A DNA stretch of 24,000 nucleotides from Acidovorax sacchari (GCF_042847045.1 NZ_AP035783.1:3138937-3162936); one strand, 5' to 3'; positions 1 to 8,985 are shown, counted from the first letter of the stretch. Numbers and translations are program-made. The notes: generated from the letters alone by a model not told the origin.

Positions 1-1
1 C

Positions 2-223
2 TGGGTGGTGCAGGACGACCTGCGCGCGGGCCGCCTGGTGCATGTCGTGCCGGGCTGGACGGCCGCCCCCCTGCCCGTGCATCTGGTCTATCCGCCCACC
101 CGCCACCCGCCGGCGCGCCTGCGCGTCTTCCTCGAGGCGATGCGCGAAGCGATTCCGTCGATCGCCGGCATGCAGGCGCGGCGCGTGGCACCATCCGGCC
201 CATCCTTGCGACCACGACGATGA
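2..223 (+). CDS. LysR-family transcriptional regulator, C-terminal fragment (5' end outside window)
   Basis: Open frame from the window edge to a stop at 221-223. The tail DDLRAGRLVHVVPGW..LPVHLVYPP.RH.PARLRVFLEAM is typical of a LysR substrate-binding domain C-terminus. Confidence 0.6.
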   Translation, partial: WVVQDDLRAGRLVHVVPGWTAAPLPVHLVYPPTRHPPARLRVFLEAMREAIPSIAGMQARRVAPSGPSLRPRR

Positions 224-274
224 GCCCCCCCCACACCGTCTCCCCTTCCCGACCTGGCCCCGCTGCGGGACCGG

Positions 275-1030
275 ATGGCCCAGTCCTCCCATGCCCCCGT
301 GCGCATCCTCATGGTCTGCATGGGGAACATCTGCCGCAGCCCCACGGCCCACGGCGTGCTCGAGAAAATGGCCGCGGATGCGGGCCAGGAGGGCAGGATC
401 GAGGTGGATTCCGCCGGCACGCACGACTACCACGTGGGCGAGCCGCCCGACGAACGCGCCCGGGCCCATGCGCGGCGCAGGGGATACGACCTGTCCGCCC
501 AGCGTGCCCGGCACCCAGGGCCTGTTAACGCTATGCAAGGGGATCGCGTTGCTTCGCGAAGGGGCTGGGTGCGAGGCGCCGGGGCGTAGCAAGGCCGGGG
601 CCTTGCAAGCACGGGCAACGCTGCAAGCGGCCCCTTCGTGAAGCAACCCGAAGGGAAGCCCATCACAGCCCGCCCCCCGGCGTTGCGCTCCTTGTACGTG
701 TGGACACACGCACGGCGTCGCGCGCCTTGATGGGCGGGCTGTGATGGGCTTCGCGACCCCTTGCATAGTGTTAACAGGCCCCAGGCCGCCAGGACTTCGA
801 GGATTTCGATCTCGTGCTGGTCATGGACGCCAACAATGAGGCCGTGGCGCGCGCACTATGCCCGCCTGCACGGCGCAGCCGCCTGCACCGCCTGACCGAT
901 TTCCGCCAGGCCCTGCCGGCGCACGAGGTGCCGGATCCGTACTACGGCGGGGCCGACGGTTTCGAGCACGTGCTGGACGTGGTGGAGGATGCATGCGCGG
1001 GCCTGCTGGCAGCGCTGCACCCCGGCCTGA
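275..1030 (+). pseudogene. Low-molecular-weight phosphotyrosine protein phosphatase (LMW-PTP), disrupted by a 260-bp insertion
   Basis: The N-half (275-519) carries the CX5R P-loop (ILMVCMGNICRSPTAHGV). The C-half resumes at 786 in another frame (RQDFEDFDLVLVMD...VPDPYYGGADGFEHVLDVVEDAC). Element plus duplication is 266 nt, not a multiple of 3. Removing it restores ...SAQRARHPGRQDFEDFDLVLVMD.... The 3' end is uncertain because there is no in-frame stop until 1497, inside the convergent OMF gene. Confidence 0.8.
520..779. mobile_element. 260-bp non-coding MITE-like element with ~28-bp terminal inverted repeats and a 6-bp target duplication
   Basis: TIRs are GCCTGTTAACGCTATGCAAGGGGATCGCG (520-548) and the reverse complement of 751-779 (1 mismatch, 1 indel). 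CCCAGG flanks both ends (514-519 and 780-785). Internal nested inverted repeats include a perfect 20-bp pair (655-674 / 733-752), 552-565 / 630-643 (1 mismatch) and hairpin 589-606. No ORF. Confidence 0.7.
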
Positions 1031-1078
1031 CGCGCCTGCGAGACGTCCTCCGCCCGTTGCAGCGCCCTCCTGCCGGTC

Positions 1079-2590
1079 TCAGGGCGCCGCGCCCCCGGGC
1101 TGCAGAGCGGCCACGGGCCAGGGCCCGCGTTCGGCCAGCCCGCCACCCAGCGCCTTGTAGAGCGCCACCGCATTGCCGAGCTCCGCGCGGCGCAGGTCCA
1201 GCAGCGCCTGTTGCGCCGCGTACTGCTGGCGCCGGGCGTCCAGCAGTTCCAGCCGCCCTTCCGTGCCCGCCCGGTAGCGCAGTTCCGACAGTTCCACGCG
1301 CCGGGCGGCGCTGGCCACGGTGCGCGCCTGGGCGTCGATCTGCCGGCCGTAGGTGGCCGCTCCCGCGAGCGCATCGGCCACCTCGCGGAAGGCGACCTGG
1401 ATCGCCCGTTCGTACTGGACCACCGCCTCGGAGCGCCGCACTTGGGCGAGGCGCAGTTCCCCGCGCAGGCGACCGCGGTCGAACAGCGGCTGGGTGATCT
1501 GCGGCGCGAAGCGCCAGGTGCCCCAGCCCGCGTCGAACAGGCCGCCCAGCGAATCGCTGGCACGGCCGACGGACGCGGTGAGCGCGATCCGCGGAAAGAA
1601 CGCCGCCCGCGCCGCGCCGACATCGGCATGTGCGGCGACGAGCGCCTGTTCGGCCTGCAGCAGGTCCGGCCGCGCCAGCAGCAGGCCGGAGGGCAGCCCT
1701 GCCGGCAAACGTGCGGCGACAGGCCGCGCTTCCAGCGACAGCGGCTCAGGCAGGCCTGCCGGAGGATCGGAACCCAGCAGCAGCCGCAGGGCGTTGTCCG
1801 CCTGGTCGAGCGCCCGCTGGCGGGCCTCCAGGTCGGCCTCCGCGGAGGCGACCTGCCCTTCGGCCTGCACCACGTCCAGCCCGCTGCTCTGCCCAGCCTG
1901 CCGCCACAGCCGCGCCAGTTCCAGGGACTGCCGCCAGTCGGCGAGCGTGCGCCCGGTGAGCCGGAGCTGCTCCTGCGCCAGCCGCTGGGCGAAATACGCG
2001 TCCGCCACCGCGCCCACCAGGGCGATCCGCGCGGCGCGGTGGCCATGCTCGCTGGCCAGGTACCGCGCCAGCGCCGCATCGGACAGCGACCGCACGCGGC
2101 CGAACAGGTCCAGCTCGAACGCGCTCACGCCCACGCTCAAGGCCGCCTGCCCGGAGACCGCCGCGCCTGCGGCTCCTGTGGATCCTGAAGATCCGGCCGC
2201 ATCGGCTCCAATGCCGGATCGGGCCCCGCGCTCGCGCGACGCGGAGGCGTCCAGCGCCACCTCGGGCCAGCGCGCGGAGCGCTGGATACGGTACTGCGCC
2301 TGCACGGCTTCGGCCTGCAGCGCCGCCAGCCGCAGGTCGCGGTTGTGCTGCAGCGCCGCAGCGATCAGCCGCTGCAGGCGCGGGTCTTCGAACATGTCGC
2401 GCCAGCCCAGGTCGGCAGCGGACACGTCCGAACGCCTGGAGGCACCTGGCGAGGGAGAGGCGGCGGCAACGGCATGGCCGCCGTAGTCCGGGAAGACCGC
2501 GGGCACCGGAGGGGCCGGCCGCTCCAGCGGAGGCGCCAGCGTGCAGGCCGACAGCAGCGCCAGGAGAGGCATCATCGCAAGGGTGCGCAT
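1079..2590 (-). CDS. RND efflux outer-membrane factor lipoprotein (NodT/OprM family)
   Basis: 503-aa ORF. Lipoprotein signal with lipobox (LALLSAC). Long coiled Ala/Leu/Gln/Arg-rich repeats typical of OMF proteins. The start lies 3 nt after the RND gene stop, in operon position 3. Confidence 0.9.
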   Translation of the reverse strand: MRTLAMMPLLALLSACTLAPPLERPAPPVPAVFPDYGGHAVAAASPSPGASRRSDVSAADLGWRDMFEDPRLQRLIAAALQHNRDLRLAALQAEAVQAQYRIQRSARWPEVALDASASRERGARSGIGADAAGSSGSTGAAGAAVSGQAALSVGVSAFELDLFGRVRSLSDAALARYLASEHGHRAARIALVGAVADAYFAQRLAQEQLRLTGRTLADWRQSLELARLWRQAGQSSGLDVVQAEGQVASAEADLEARQRALDQADNALRLLLGSDPPAGLPEPLSLEARPVAARLPAGLPSGLLLARPDLLQAEQALVAAHADVGAARAAFFPRIALTASVGRASDSLGGLFDAGWGTWRFAPQITQPLFDRGRLRGELRLAQVRRSEAVVQYERAIQVAFREVADALAGAATYGRQIDAQARTVASAARRVELSELRYRAGTEGRLELLDARRQQYAAQQALLDLRRAELGNAVALYKALGGGLAERGPWPVAALQPGGAAP

Positions 2591-2593
2591 GGC

Positions 2594-5500
2594 TCATTGC
2601 CCTCCCGTGGTGGATGGTCCGCCCGGTGCCGGCAGAAGCTCCGGCGGGTTGCGGCGGGCCCGCCACGCGGCCACCCGCTCCTGCAACCCCATCACGAAGA
2701 CGAAGAATACCGGCACGAAGAACACCGCCAGCACCGTGCCGCTCACCATGCCGCCGAACACGCCGGTGCCGATGGCATGCTGCGTCTCGGCACTGGCGCC
2801 CGAAGCGAGCATCAGCGGCACCACGCCCAGCGCGAAGGCCAGCGAGGTCATCAGGATCGGCCGCAGCCGCAGGCGCGCCGCGGTGACCGCCGCATCGAGC
2901 AGCCCCCTCCCTTCGGCATGCAGCTGCCGGGCGAACTCCACGATCAGGATCGCGTTCTTGGCCGAAAGGCCGATGATGGTGATCATGCCGACCTTGAAGA
3001 ACACGTCGTTGGGCAGGCCGCGCAGCATGACTGCCGCCACCGCCCCGACCAGGCCGAGCGGCACCACCAGCATCACCGCCAGCGGGATGGACCAGCTTTC
3101 ATAGAGGGCCGCCAGCACCAGGAAGACCACCAGGGCCGATAGCGCCATGAGCAACGGCGCCTGTGCGGCCGACTGCCGCTCCTGCAGCGACTGGCCCGTC
3201 CATGCCGCGGCGAAGCCCAGGGGCAGTTGCGCCACCAGGCGCTCCATCTCGGCCATGGCCGCGCCGCTGGAAACGCCGGGCGCCGCGCCGCCGGCGATGC
3301 GCGCCGCGGTGAAGCCCTGGAAACGCATCATCTGCTGGGGCGATTCGGTCCAGACCGGGGTGGTCACCTCGCCCAGCGGCACGAGGCCACCCGCGGCATT
3401 GCGCACGCGCAGCTTCAGCACATCGCCCAGCTGCATGCGCGCGGGGGCGTCGGCCTGCACGATCACCTGCTGCATGCGCCCGGCGTTCGGGAAATCGTTG
3501 ACGTAGGCCGAGCCCATCGCGGCCGAGAGCGTGGTGCTGATCGCATTGAAAGACAGCCCCATGGCCTCGGCCTTGCGCCGGTCGATGTCCAGGCGCACGC
3601 TGCCTCCCGGCGGCAGGCCGTCGGGATAGACGTTGCGCAGCAGCGGGCTCTGCGCCGCCAGTTCCATGAGCCGGGCCTGCGCGGCCGCCAGGGCCTCCGC
3701 CCCGCGGCCGGCGCGGTCCTGCAGGAACATCGTGAAGCCCGACGAAGTTCCCAGCTCGTCGATGGCGGGCGGCAGCAGGCTCATCACCGTGCCTTCCGGC
3801 GCATGGCGCATCGCCTCCTGGGCCCGCTCGGACTCATCGCGCGCGCTGGCGCCATCGCGCTTGCTCCAGTCCCTGAGCATGGTGAACGCCATCGCGGCAT
3901 TCGGCCCGGAACCCGAGAAGCTGAAGCCCTGGATCACCAGGTTGGACGCCAGGCCCGGGCGGGAGGCGACGTGCGACTCGAAGGCCTTCACCACGTCCAG
4001 CGTGCGCTCGCTGGTGGCACCCGTGGGCAGCTGGATGGAGGTCATGAAATAGCCCTGGTCCTCTTCGGGAAGGAACGATGAGGGCAGCTGGCGCGCCGCC
4101 AGCACGAGCACCGCGCAGACCAGCGCGAAGGCGACCATCATGCGGCCGCTGCGACCCGCCAGGCGCCCCACGCGGGCCGCGTAACCCTGCGACAGGCGCT
4201 CGAAGCCCCGGTTGAAGGCCCCGAAGAAACCGCGCCGTTCATGGTGGCCGGGACCGACCGGCCGCAGCAGCGTCGCGCAGAGCGCGGGAGTGAGCGTCAG
4301 GGCCAGGAAGGCCGAGAACAGGATGGACACGGCCATCGACAGCGTGAACTGCCGGTAGATGACGCCCACCGAGCCGGTGGCGAACGCCATGGGAATGAAC
4401 ACGGCCGTGAGCACCAGGGTGATGCCCACCACCGCCCCGGTGATCTCCCGCATGGCCCGTACGGTCGCATCCCGGGGCGACAGGCCTTCGGCGGCCATCA
4501 GCCGCTCGACGTTCTCCACCACCACGATGGCGTCATCGACGATGATGCCGATGGCCAGCACCATGCCGAACATGGTCAGCACGTTGATCGAGAACCCGGC
4601 CACCAGCATCACGGTGAACGTGCCCAGCAGCGCGATGGGCGCGACGATGGCCGGGATGAGCGTGTAGCGGATGTTCTGCAGGAACAGGAACATCACCGCG
4701 AACACCAGCACCATGGCCTCCACCAGCGTGTGGAGCACCTTCTCGATGGAGATCTTCACGAAGGGCGCGGTGTTGAACGGCACCGACATCTCCATGCCCG
4801 CGGGCATGGTGCGCGCCAGTTCGTCCAGCCGGTCCTGCACGGCCTGCGCGGTGCGCACCGCGTTCGCCCCGGGCGACAGCTGGATGGCGGCGCTGGTGGC
4901 CACCCGCCCGTTCTCGCGGTTGGCAAAGGCGTACGACTGTGCGCCCAGTTCCACCCGGGCCACGTCGCGCAGCACCACCTTCGAGCCGTCGGTGCCGGCC
5001 TTGAGCACGATTGCCGCGAACTGCTCCGGCGTGGACAACTGTCCCTGCACCGTGAGCGGCACGGTGACGCGCTGGCCCGGCAGCGTCGGCGCATCGCCCA
5101 CGCGCCCGGGGGCGACCTGGGCGTTCTGCTGCTCGATCGCCTGGGTGACGTCGCCCATCGCCAGGCCGTAGGACAGCAGCCGGGCCGGATCCACCCAGAC
5201 GCGCATCGCCTGCTCGGCGCCGAACAATTGCACGCGCCCCACGCCGTCGATGCGGCGCAGCTCCTGCACGATGTTGCGGGCCATGTAATCGTTGAGTCCC
5301 ACCTCGTCGTAGCGGCCGTCGCGCGAGGTCATGCCGACCAGCATCAGGAAGCCGGACGAGGCCGACTCCACCTGCAGGCCGCTCTGGCGCACGGCTTGCG
5401 GCAGGCGCGGCTCCACGGCCTTGATCCGGTTCTGCACGTCCACCTGCGCCAGTTCAGGGTTGGTGCCGGGCTTGAAGGTGGCGGTGATCTGCGCCGAACC

Positions 5501-5755
5501 CGAGGTATCGACCGACGACTCGAAGTACAGCAGGTTCCTGACGCCCGAGAGCTCGCGCTCGATCAGGCTGACCACGGAATCGTTCAGGGTCTGGGGCGTG
5601 GCGCCCGGATAGGACGCGAACAGGCTCACGGCCGGTGGCGCCACCGCCGGGTAGCGCGCAATCGGCAACTGCGGGATCGCGATGGCGCCGAACAGCACGA
5701 TGAACAGGGCGATCACCCAGGCGAACACCGGGCGGCGGATGAAGAACTGGGGCAT
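2594..5755 (-). CDS. RND multidrug efflux permease (AcrB/MexB/AdeB family)
   Basis: 1053-aa ORF. N-terminus MPQFFIRRPVFAWVIALFIVLFGAIAIPQLPIARYPAVAPP matches the AcrB-family signature. Size and 12-TM layout with two large periplasmic loops fit the HAE1 family. Confidence 0.95.
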   Translation of the reverse strand: MPQFFIRRPVFAWVIALFIVLFGAIAIPQLPIARYPAVAPPAVSLFASYPGATPQTLNDSVVSLIERELSGVRNLLYFESSVDTSGSAQITATFKPGTNPELAQVDVQNRIKAVEPRLPQAVRQSGLQVESASSGFLMLVGMTSRDGRYDEVGLNDYMARNIVQELRRIDGVGRVQLFGAEQAMRVWVDPARLLSYGLAMGDVTQAIEQQNAQVAPGRVGDAPTLPGQRVTVPLTVQGQLSTPEQFAAIVLKAGTDGSKVVLRDVARVELGAQSYAFANRENGRVATSAAIQLSPGANAVRTAQAVQDRLDELARTMPAGMEMSVPFNTAPFVKISIEKVLHTLVEAMVLVFAVMFLFLQNIRYTLIPAIVAPIALLGTFTVMLVAGFSINVLTMFGMVLAIGIIVDDAIVVVENVERLMAAEGLSPRDATVRAMREITGAVVGITLVLTAVFIPMAFATGSVGVIYRQFTLSMAVSILFSAFLALTLTPALCATLLRPVGPGHHERRGFFGAFNRGFERLSQGYAARVGRLAGRSGRMMVAFALVCAVLVLAARQLPSSFLPEEDQGYFMTSIQLPTGATSERTLDVVKAFESHVASRPGLASNLVIQGFSFSGSGPNAAMAFTMLRDWSKRDGASARDESERAQEAMRHAPEGTVMSLLPPAIDELGTSSGFTMFLQDRAGRGAEALAAAQARLMELAAQSPLLRNVYPDGLPPGGSVRLDIDRRKAEAMGLSFNAISTTLSAAMGSAYVNDFPNAGRMQQVIVQADAPARMQLGDVLKLRVRNAAGGLVPLGEVTTPVWTESPQQMMRFQGFTAARIAGGAAPGVSSGAAMAEMERLVAQLPLGFAAAWTGQSLQERQSAAQAPLLMALSALVVFLVLAALYESWSIPLAVMLVVPLGLVGAVAAVMLRGLPNDVFFKVGMITIIGLSAKNAILIVEFARQLHAEGRGLLDAAVTAARLRLRPILMTSLAFALGVVPLMLASGASAETQHAIGTGVFGGMVSGTVLAVFFVPVFFVFVMGLQERVAAWRARRNPPELLPAPGGPSTTGGQ

Positions 5756-5770
5756 GGTCCGGCTCCTGCT

Positions 5771-6943
5771 TCAGCGGCTGGCCGCGGGCGCGGGAGGCGA
5801 TGCGGGCGCCGATCCGGGTGCGGCCCAGTCGCGCTGCTGCACTTGCGCACCTTCGGTCAGGCGCTCGGCGCCCTCCACCACCACCCGCTGCCCTGCCTGC
5901 AGCCCGGCGGCGATGCGGTAGCGCCGATCCACCAGTTCCCCCAGCTGCACGGGCACCGCATGCGCGCGCCGCTGTGCATCGACCACCCAGACGCTGGCCT
6001 GCCCCTCAGTGCGCACCACCGCCTGCTGCGGCACCGTGAGCGCCCCGGCATAGGCCGCCCGCGGCACGCGTGCCTGCACGAACATGCCGGGCAGCAGGCG
6101 CCGCTGCGGGTTGTCCACCAGGATGCGCAGCAGCACCTCGCCGGTGCCGGCATCCACCGTGATGCCGGAAAACAGCATTCGCCCTTGCATCCCGGAGGGC
6201 TCGCCGTCGCCGCGCAGGATCTGCACGGCGGCCTCCTGCGGGCCGCGTTCCGGCCTGGCCGCCGCCCGCAGCCCATCCAGCGCCGACGCCGGCTGGCGCA
6301 CGTCCACATACACCTGTCCGATCTGCTGGATGCGCGCCATGGGCGAGGCATCGGTGGGCGAGACCAGCGCGCCTTCCGTCACCAGCGCCTGGTCCACCCG
6401 CCCCGCGATCGGCGCCTCCACCGTCGCGAACCGCAGGTCCAGCCGCCGGCGCGCGAGCGTGGCGCGGGCCTGGGCCACCTCGGCCGCGGCCTGGTCACGC
6501 TGCGACACCGCATCGTCGTAGGCCTGCCGGCTCACGGCATCGGCCCGCACCAGCGGCTCCAGCCGATCGGCCTGCAGGCGTGCCCGGGCCCAGGCCGCCT
6601 GCGCGCGCTGCAGTGCCGCCTCCGCCATGTCGGCATCGGCCTGGAACGGTCCGGGGTGGATCCGGAAGAGCGGCGCGCCCTGGCGTATCTCCGCCCCCTG
6701 CTCGAACAGCCGGCGCTGCACGATGCCCCCGACCTGCGGCCGGATCTCCGCCGTGCGCACCGCGGCCACCCGGCCGGGCAAATCGTCGGACACCACGAGA
6801 TCACCGGGCACCAGCGTGGCCACGGACACCTGCGCCGGCGGCGCGGGGGCGTCCTGCGCCTCGTCGGTGCCGCAGGCCGCCAGTACCAGCGTGGCCAGCG
6901 CCGCCGCCATCATCGCGGCCTGCCGCCGTCGGGGGGTGTGCAT
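5771..6943 (-). CDS. RND efflux membrane fusion protein (AcrA/MexA family lipoprotein)
   Basis: The start is taken at the internal ATG 6943-6941 (MHTPRRRQAAMMAAALATLVLAACG), giving a signal peptide and lipobox, with AAGGA about 9 nt upstream. Motifs RTAEIRPQVGGIV and LFRIHPGPFQA are typical of MFP proteins. The longer tracked ORF (to 7072) adds a non-signal N-terminus. Confidence 0.85.
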   Translation of the reverse strand: MHTPRRRQAAMMAAALATLVLAACGTDEAQDAPAPPAQVSVATLVPGDLVVSDDLPGRVAAVRTAEIRPQVGGIVQRRLFEQGAEIRQGAPLFRIHPGPFQADADMAEAALQRAQAAWARARLQADRLEPLVRADAVSRQAYDDAVSQRDQAAAEVAQARATLARRRLDLRFATVEAPIAGRVDQALVTEGALVSPTDASPMARIQQIGQVYVDVRQPASALDGLRAAARPERGPQEAAVQILRGDGEPSGMQGRMLFSGITVDAGTGEVLLRILVDNPQRRLLPGMFVQARVPRAAYAGALTVPQQAVVRTEGQASVWVVDAQRRAHAVPVQLGELVDRRYRIAAGLQAGQRVVVEGAERLTEGAQVQQRDWAAPGSAPASPPAPAASR

Positions 6944-6951
6944 ATGCAGGG

Positions 6952-7006
6952 AATCCTTCGCGTGCAAAAAAGGCGCCACTGTGGCGCTCCACGGCTGCGA
7001 AGGATT
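6952..7006. promoter_or_regulatory. Nested palindrome in the divergent efflux/two-component intergenic region (candidate operator)
   Basis: Outer 10-bp arms are AATCCTTCGC (6952-6961) and GCGAAGGATT (6997-7006). They enclose the inner hairpin GCGCCA-CTG-TGGCGC (about 6973-6987) preceded by an A6 run. The site lies between MFP start 6943 and regulator start 7027. Confidence 0.35.
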
Positions 7007-7026
7007 GGGCGTTGTGTGGAGATGCG

Positions 7027-7809
7027 ATGGAGCCGGAAAATCTCGGTAGAGTGCGCGGCGTGTCGATCCCACCCCATCGCATCTTCCGGGAATCCGCGAC
7101 CCAGGCGCTCGTGCTCATCGCGGAGGACGAGCCCGAAATCGCCGAGATCCTCGCCGCCTACCTCGCGCGCGGCGGCCTGCAGACCGTGCATGCGCCGGAC
7201 GGCCAGGCCGCGCTCGCGATGCACCGGGCCCTCAAGCCGGACCTCGTCCTGCTCGACGTGCAGATGCCCCGCGTGGACGGCTGGAAGGTGCTGAGCGAAA
7301 TCCGCCACCGCGGCGACACGCCCGTCATCATGCTGACGGCCATGGACCAGGACATCGACAAGCTCATGGGCCTGCGCATCGGCGCGGACGACTACGTGGT
7401 CAAGCCCTTCAACGCTGCAGAGGTCGTGGCCCGCGTGCAGGCGGTGCTGCGCCGCAGCCGGGGGGGTGCGGGTGGAGCGGGGGGTGAGAGCGCCCAGGCG
7501 GTGCTGCGCGCCGGCATCTTCCAGATCGACCCCGAGACCCACGAGGCCAGCGTGCACCTGGACGGGCAGCGCCACCTGCTGGAACTGACGCTCACCGAAT
7601 TCAAGCTGCTCGCCTGCCTCATGCGCTCGCCCCGCCGCGTCTTCAGCCGGCTCGAACTGCTGGAAGCCTGCCTGCCCGAGGGCGACGCCCTGGAGCGCAC
7701 GGTGGACAGCCACATCAGCAAGCTGCGCAAGAAGCTGGAGCCGCTGGGCGTGGAAGGCCTTCCCGTCAGCGTGCGCGGAGTGGGCTACCGCCTGGGGAGC
7801 GGCGAATGA
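7027..7809 (+). CDS. OmpR/PhoB-family response regulator
   Basis: Receiver domain (LVLIAEDEPEI...DLVLLDVQMPRVDG...ADDYVVKPF) plus winged-helix output (LTLTEFKLL...VDSHISKLRKKL...VRGVGYRL). The ATG at 7027 has GGAG 5 nt upstream. The stop overlaps the kinase start (ATGA). Confidence 0.85.
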   Translation: MEPENLGRVRGVSIPPHRIFRESATQALVLIAEDEPEIAEILAAYLARGGLQTVHAPDGQAALAMHRALKPDLVLLDVQMPRVDGWKVLSEIRHRGDTPVIMLTAMDQDIDKLMGLRIGADDYVVKPFNAAEVVARVQAVLRRSRGGAGGAGGESAQAVLRAGIFQIDPETHEASVHLDGQRHLLELTLTEFKLLACLMRSPRRVFSRLELLEACLPEGDALERTVDSHISKLRKKLEPLGVEGLPVSVRGVGYRLGSGE

Positions 7810-8864
7810 GCAGTTCTCCCGGCCTGCGCCGGCAGGTCATGCTGTCGCTCGGCATCATGGCGCTGGGCATCATCCTGATCTCGGTGATCGGCTCCTACGG
7901 CTTCTACGCCGTGCTAATGGCCTATTCGCCGTCGAGCATTTCCGAGACCTGGATGCCGTCCCGGGTGGAGCTGGTCTGGATTCTGGCGACCATGCTTGTC
8001 GCGCTGGCCATCGCCATCGCCGTCGCCGTGCGGCTCTCGCGCCGCATCCTCACGCCGCTGAACGCGGTGGCCGAAAGCCTGCGCAAGGTGGCCCAGGGCG
8101 ACCTGCAGGCCCGCGCCGCCACCGACGACCACTCCATGGGCGAGACCGCCCAACTGGTGCGCGACTTCAACGCCATGGCCGAACGCCTGCAGGCCATGGA
8201 AAAACAGCGCACCTTCTGGAACGCGGCCATCGCCCACGAACTGCGCACCCCCGTCACCATCCTGCACGGGCGCCTGCAGGGGCTGACGGAAGGCGTGTTC
8301 GAGCCGCGGCCCGAGTTGTTCCAGGGCCTGCTGCGCCACGTGCAGGGCCTGAGCCGGCTCATCGAAGACCTGCGCATGCTGGGCCTGCGCGACAGCGGGC
8401 ACCTGGAACTGGAGCAGATGCAGGCGGACCTGGCGCAGGAAGTCGCCTCCGTCGTGCATGCCTTCGGGCCCGACCTGCATGCGCGCGGCTTCACGGTGCA
8501 GGCCGACATCGCATCGCCCTGCACCGTCACCTGCGACCCGGTGCGCATCCGCCAGGCCCTGATCGCCCTGCTGGAAAACGTGCGCAAGCATGCCGACCCG
8601 GGCCGGGTGCGGATCCACGCGCACGTGGCGGACGGCCGGTGCCACCTCGGCGTGGAAGACGAGGGCCCGGGCATGACCGAGGAACTCGCCGCCCAGGTCT
8701 TCGAGGCCTTCCACCGCGGGGACCCCGGCCGCCCGCAACAGGCCGGCGGCAGCGGCCTGGGCCTGGCCGTGGTCAAGGCCATCGCGGAAGCCCACGGCGG
8801 CCACGCCACCTGCCAGGCCGCGCCCGGCGGTGGCTCCGTGCTCACCCTGCACTGGCCCACGTGA
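7806..8864 (+). CDS. Sensor histidine kinase (two TM helices, very short external loop, HAMP, HisKA, HATPase_c)
   Basis: H-box AIAHELRTPVT, N-box LLENVRKHA, G-boxes EDEGPGM and GSGLGLAVV. The two N-terminal hydrophobic helices are separated by only about 15 residues. Confidence 0.9.
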   Translation: MSSSPGLRRQVMLSLGIMALGIILISVIGSYGFYAVLMAYSPSSISETWMPSRVELVWILATMLVALAIAIAVAVRLSRRILTPLNAVAESLRKVAQGDLQARAATDDHSMGETAQLVRDFNAMAERLQAMEKQRTFWNAAIAHELRTPVTILHGRLQGLTEGVFEPRPELFQGLLRHVQGLSRLIEDLRMLGLRDSGHLELEQMQADLAQEVASVVHAFGPDLHARGFTVQADIASPCTVTCDPVRIRQALIALLENVRKHADPGRVRIHAHVADGRCHLGVEDEGPGMTEELAAQVFEAFHRGDPGRPQQAGGSGLGLAVVKAIAEAHGGHATCQAAPGGGSVLTLHWPT

Positions 8865-8911
8865 AAGTAGCGCTAGAATCCAGCCCGTCGTGCGCCGCAA
8901 TGGCGCCACGC

Positions 8912-8985
8912 GCGGGTGTAGTTCAATGGTAGAACGGCAGCTTCCCAAGCTTCATACGAGGGTTCGATTCCCTTCACCCGCTCCA
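8912..8985 (+). tRNA. tRNA-Gly (anticodon CCC)
   Basis: A 74-nt cloverleaf read by hand: acceptor GCGGGTG/CACCCGC, D arm GTTC/GAAC, anticodon loop TTCCCAA, T arm GAGGG-TTCGATT-CCCTT, encoded CCA. Very similar to the enterobacterial glyU type. One C-U mismatch in the anticodon stem. Confidence 0.9.

Noticed and set aside
520-779. Possibility that the 260-bp interruption of the phosphatase gene is a self-splicing intron, an intein or programmed recoding
   Set aside because: It is too short for a group I or II intron and has no ORF. Its length with the duplication is not a multiple of 3. It has terminal inverted repeats plus a 6-bp direct duplication, the signature of transposition.
814-1497. 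227-aa ORF that could be taken as an independent gene
   Set aside because: Its first ~75 residues are the C-terminal half of the LMW phosphatase (DFDLVLVMD...DPYYGG). The remainder is Arg/Pro-rich read-through overlapping the convergent OMF gene. It is treated as part of the disrupted phosphatase pseudogene.
4241-7294. Very long plus-strand ORF (1017 aa), and similar ones at 856-2079(-), 1211-2188(+), 1353-2486(+), 2345-3142(+), 7914-8948(-), 8974-11112(-), 9138-10592(+), 16507-18651(+)
   Set aside because: These are antisense or out-of-frame shadows of well-supported genes in ~70% GC DNA. The translations are Arg/Pro/Gly/His-rich low-complexity sequence with no recognisable motifs. Stop-codon scarcity explains their length.
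8851-8879. Possible sigma70 promoter for the tRNA (TAGAAT at 8874-8879)
   Set aside because: The -10-like hexamer is plausible, but the -35 region at 17-bp spacing (ACTGGC) is poor and it lies inside the kinase gene's last codons. This is not enough support to annotate.
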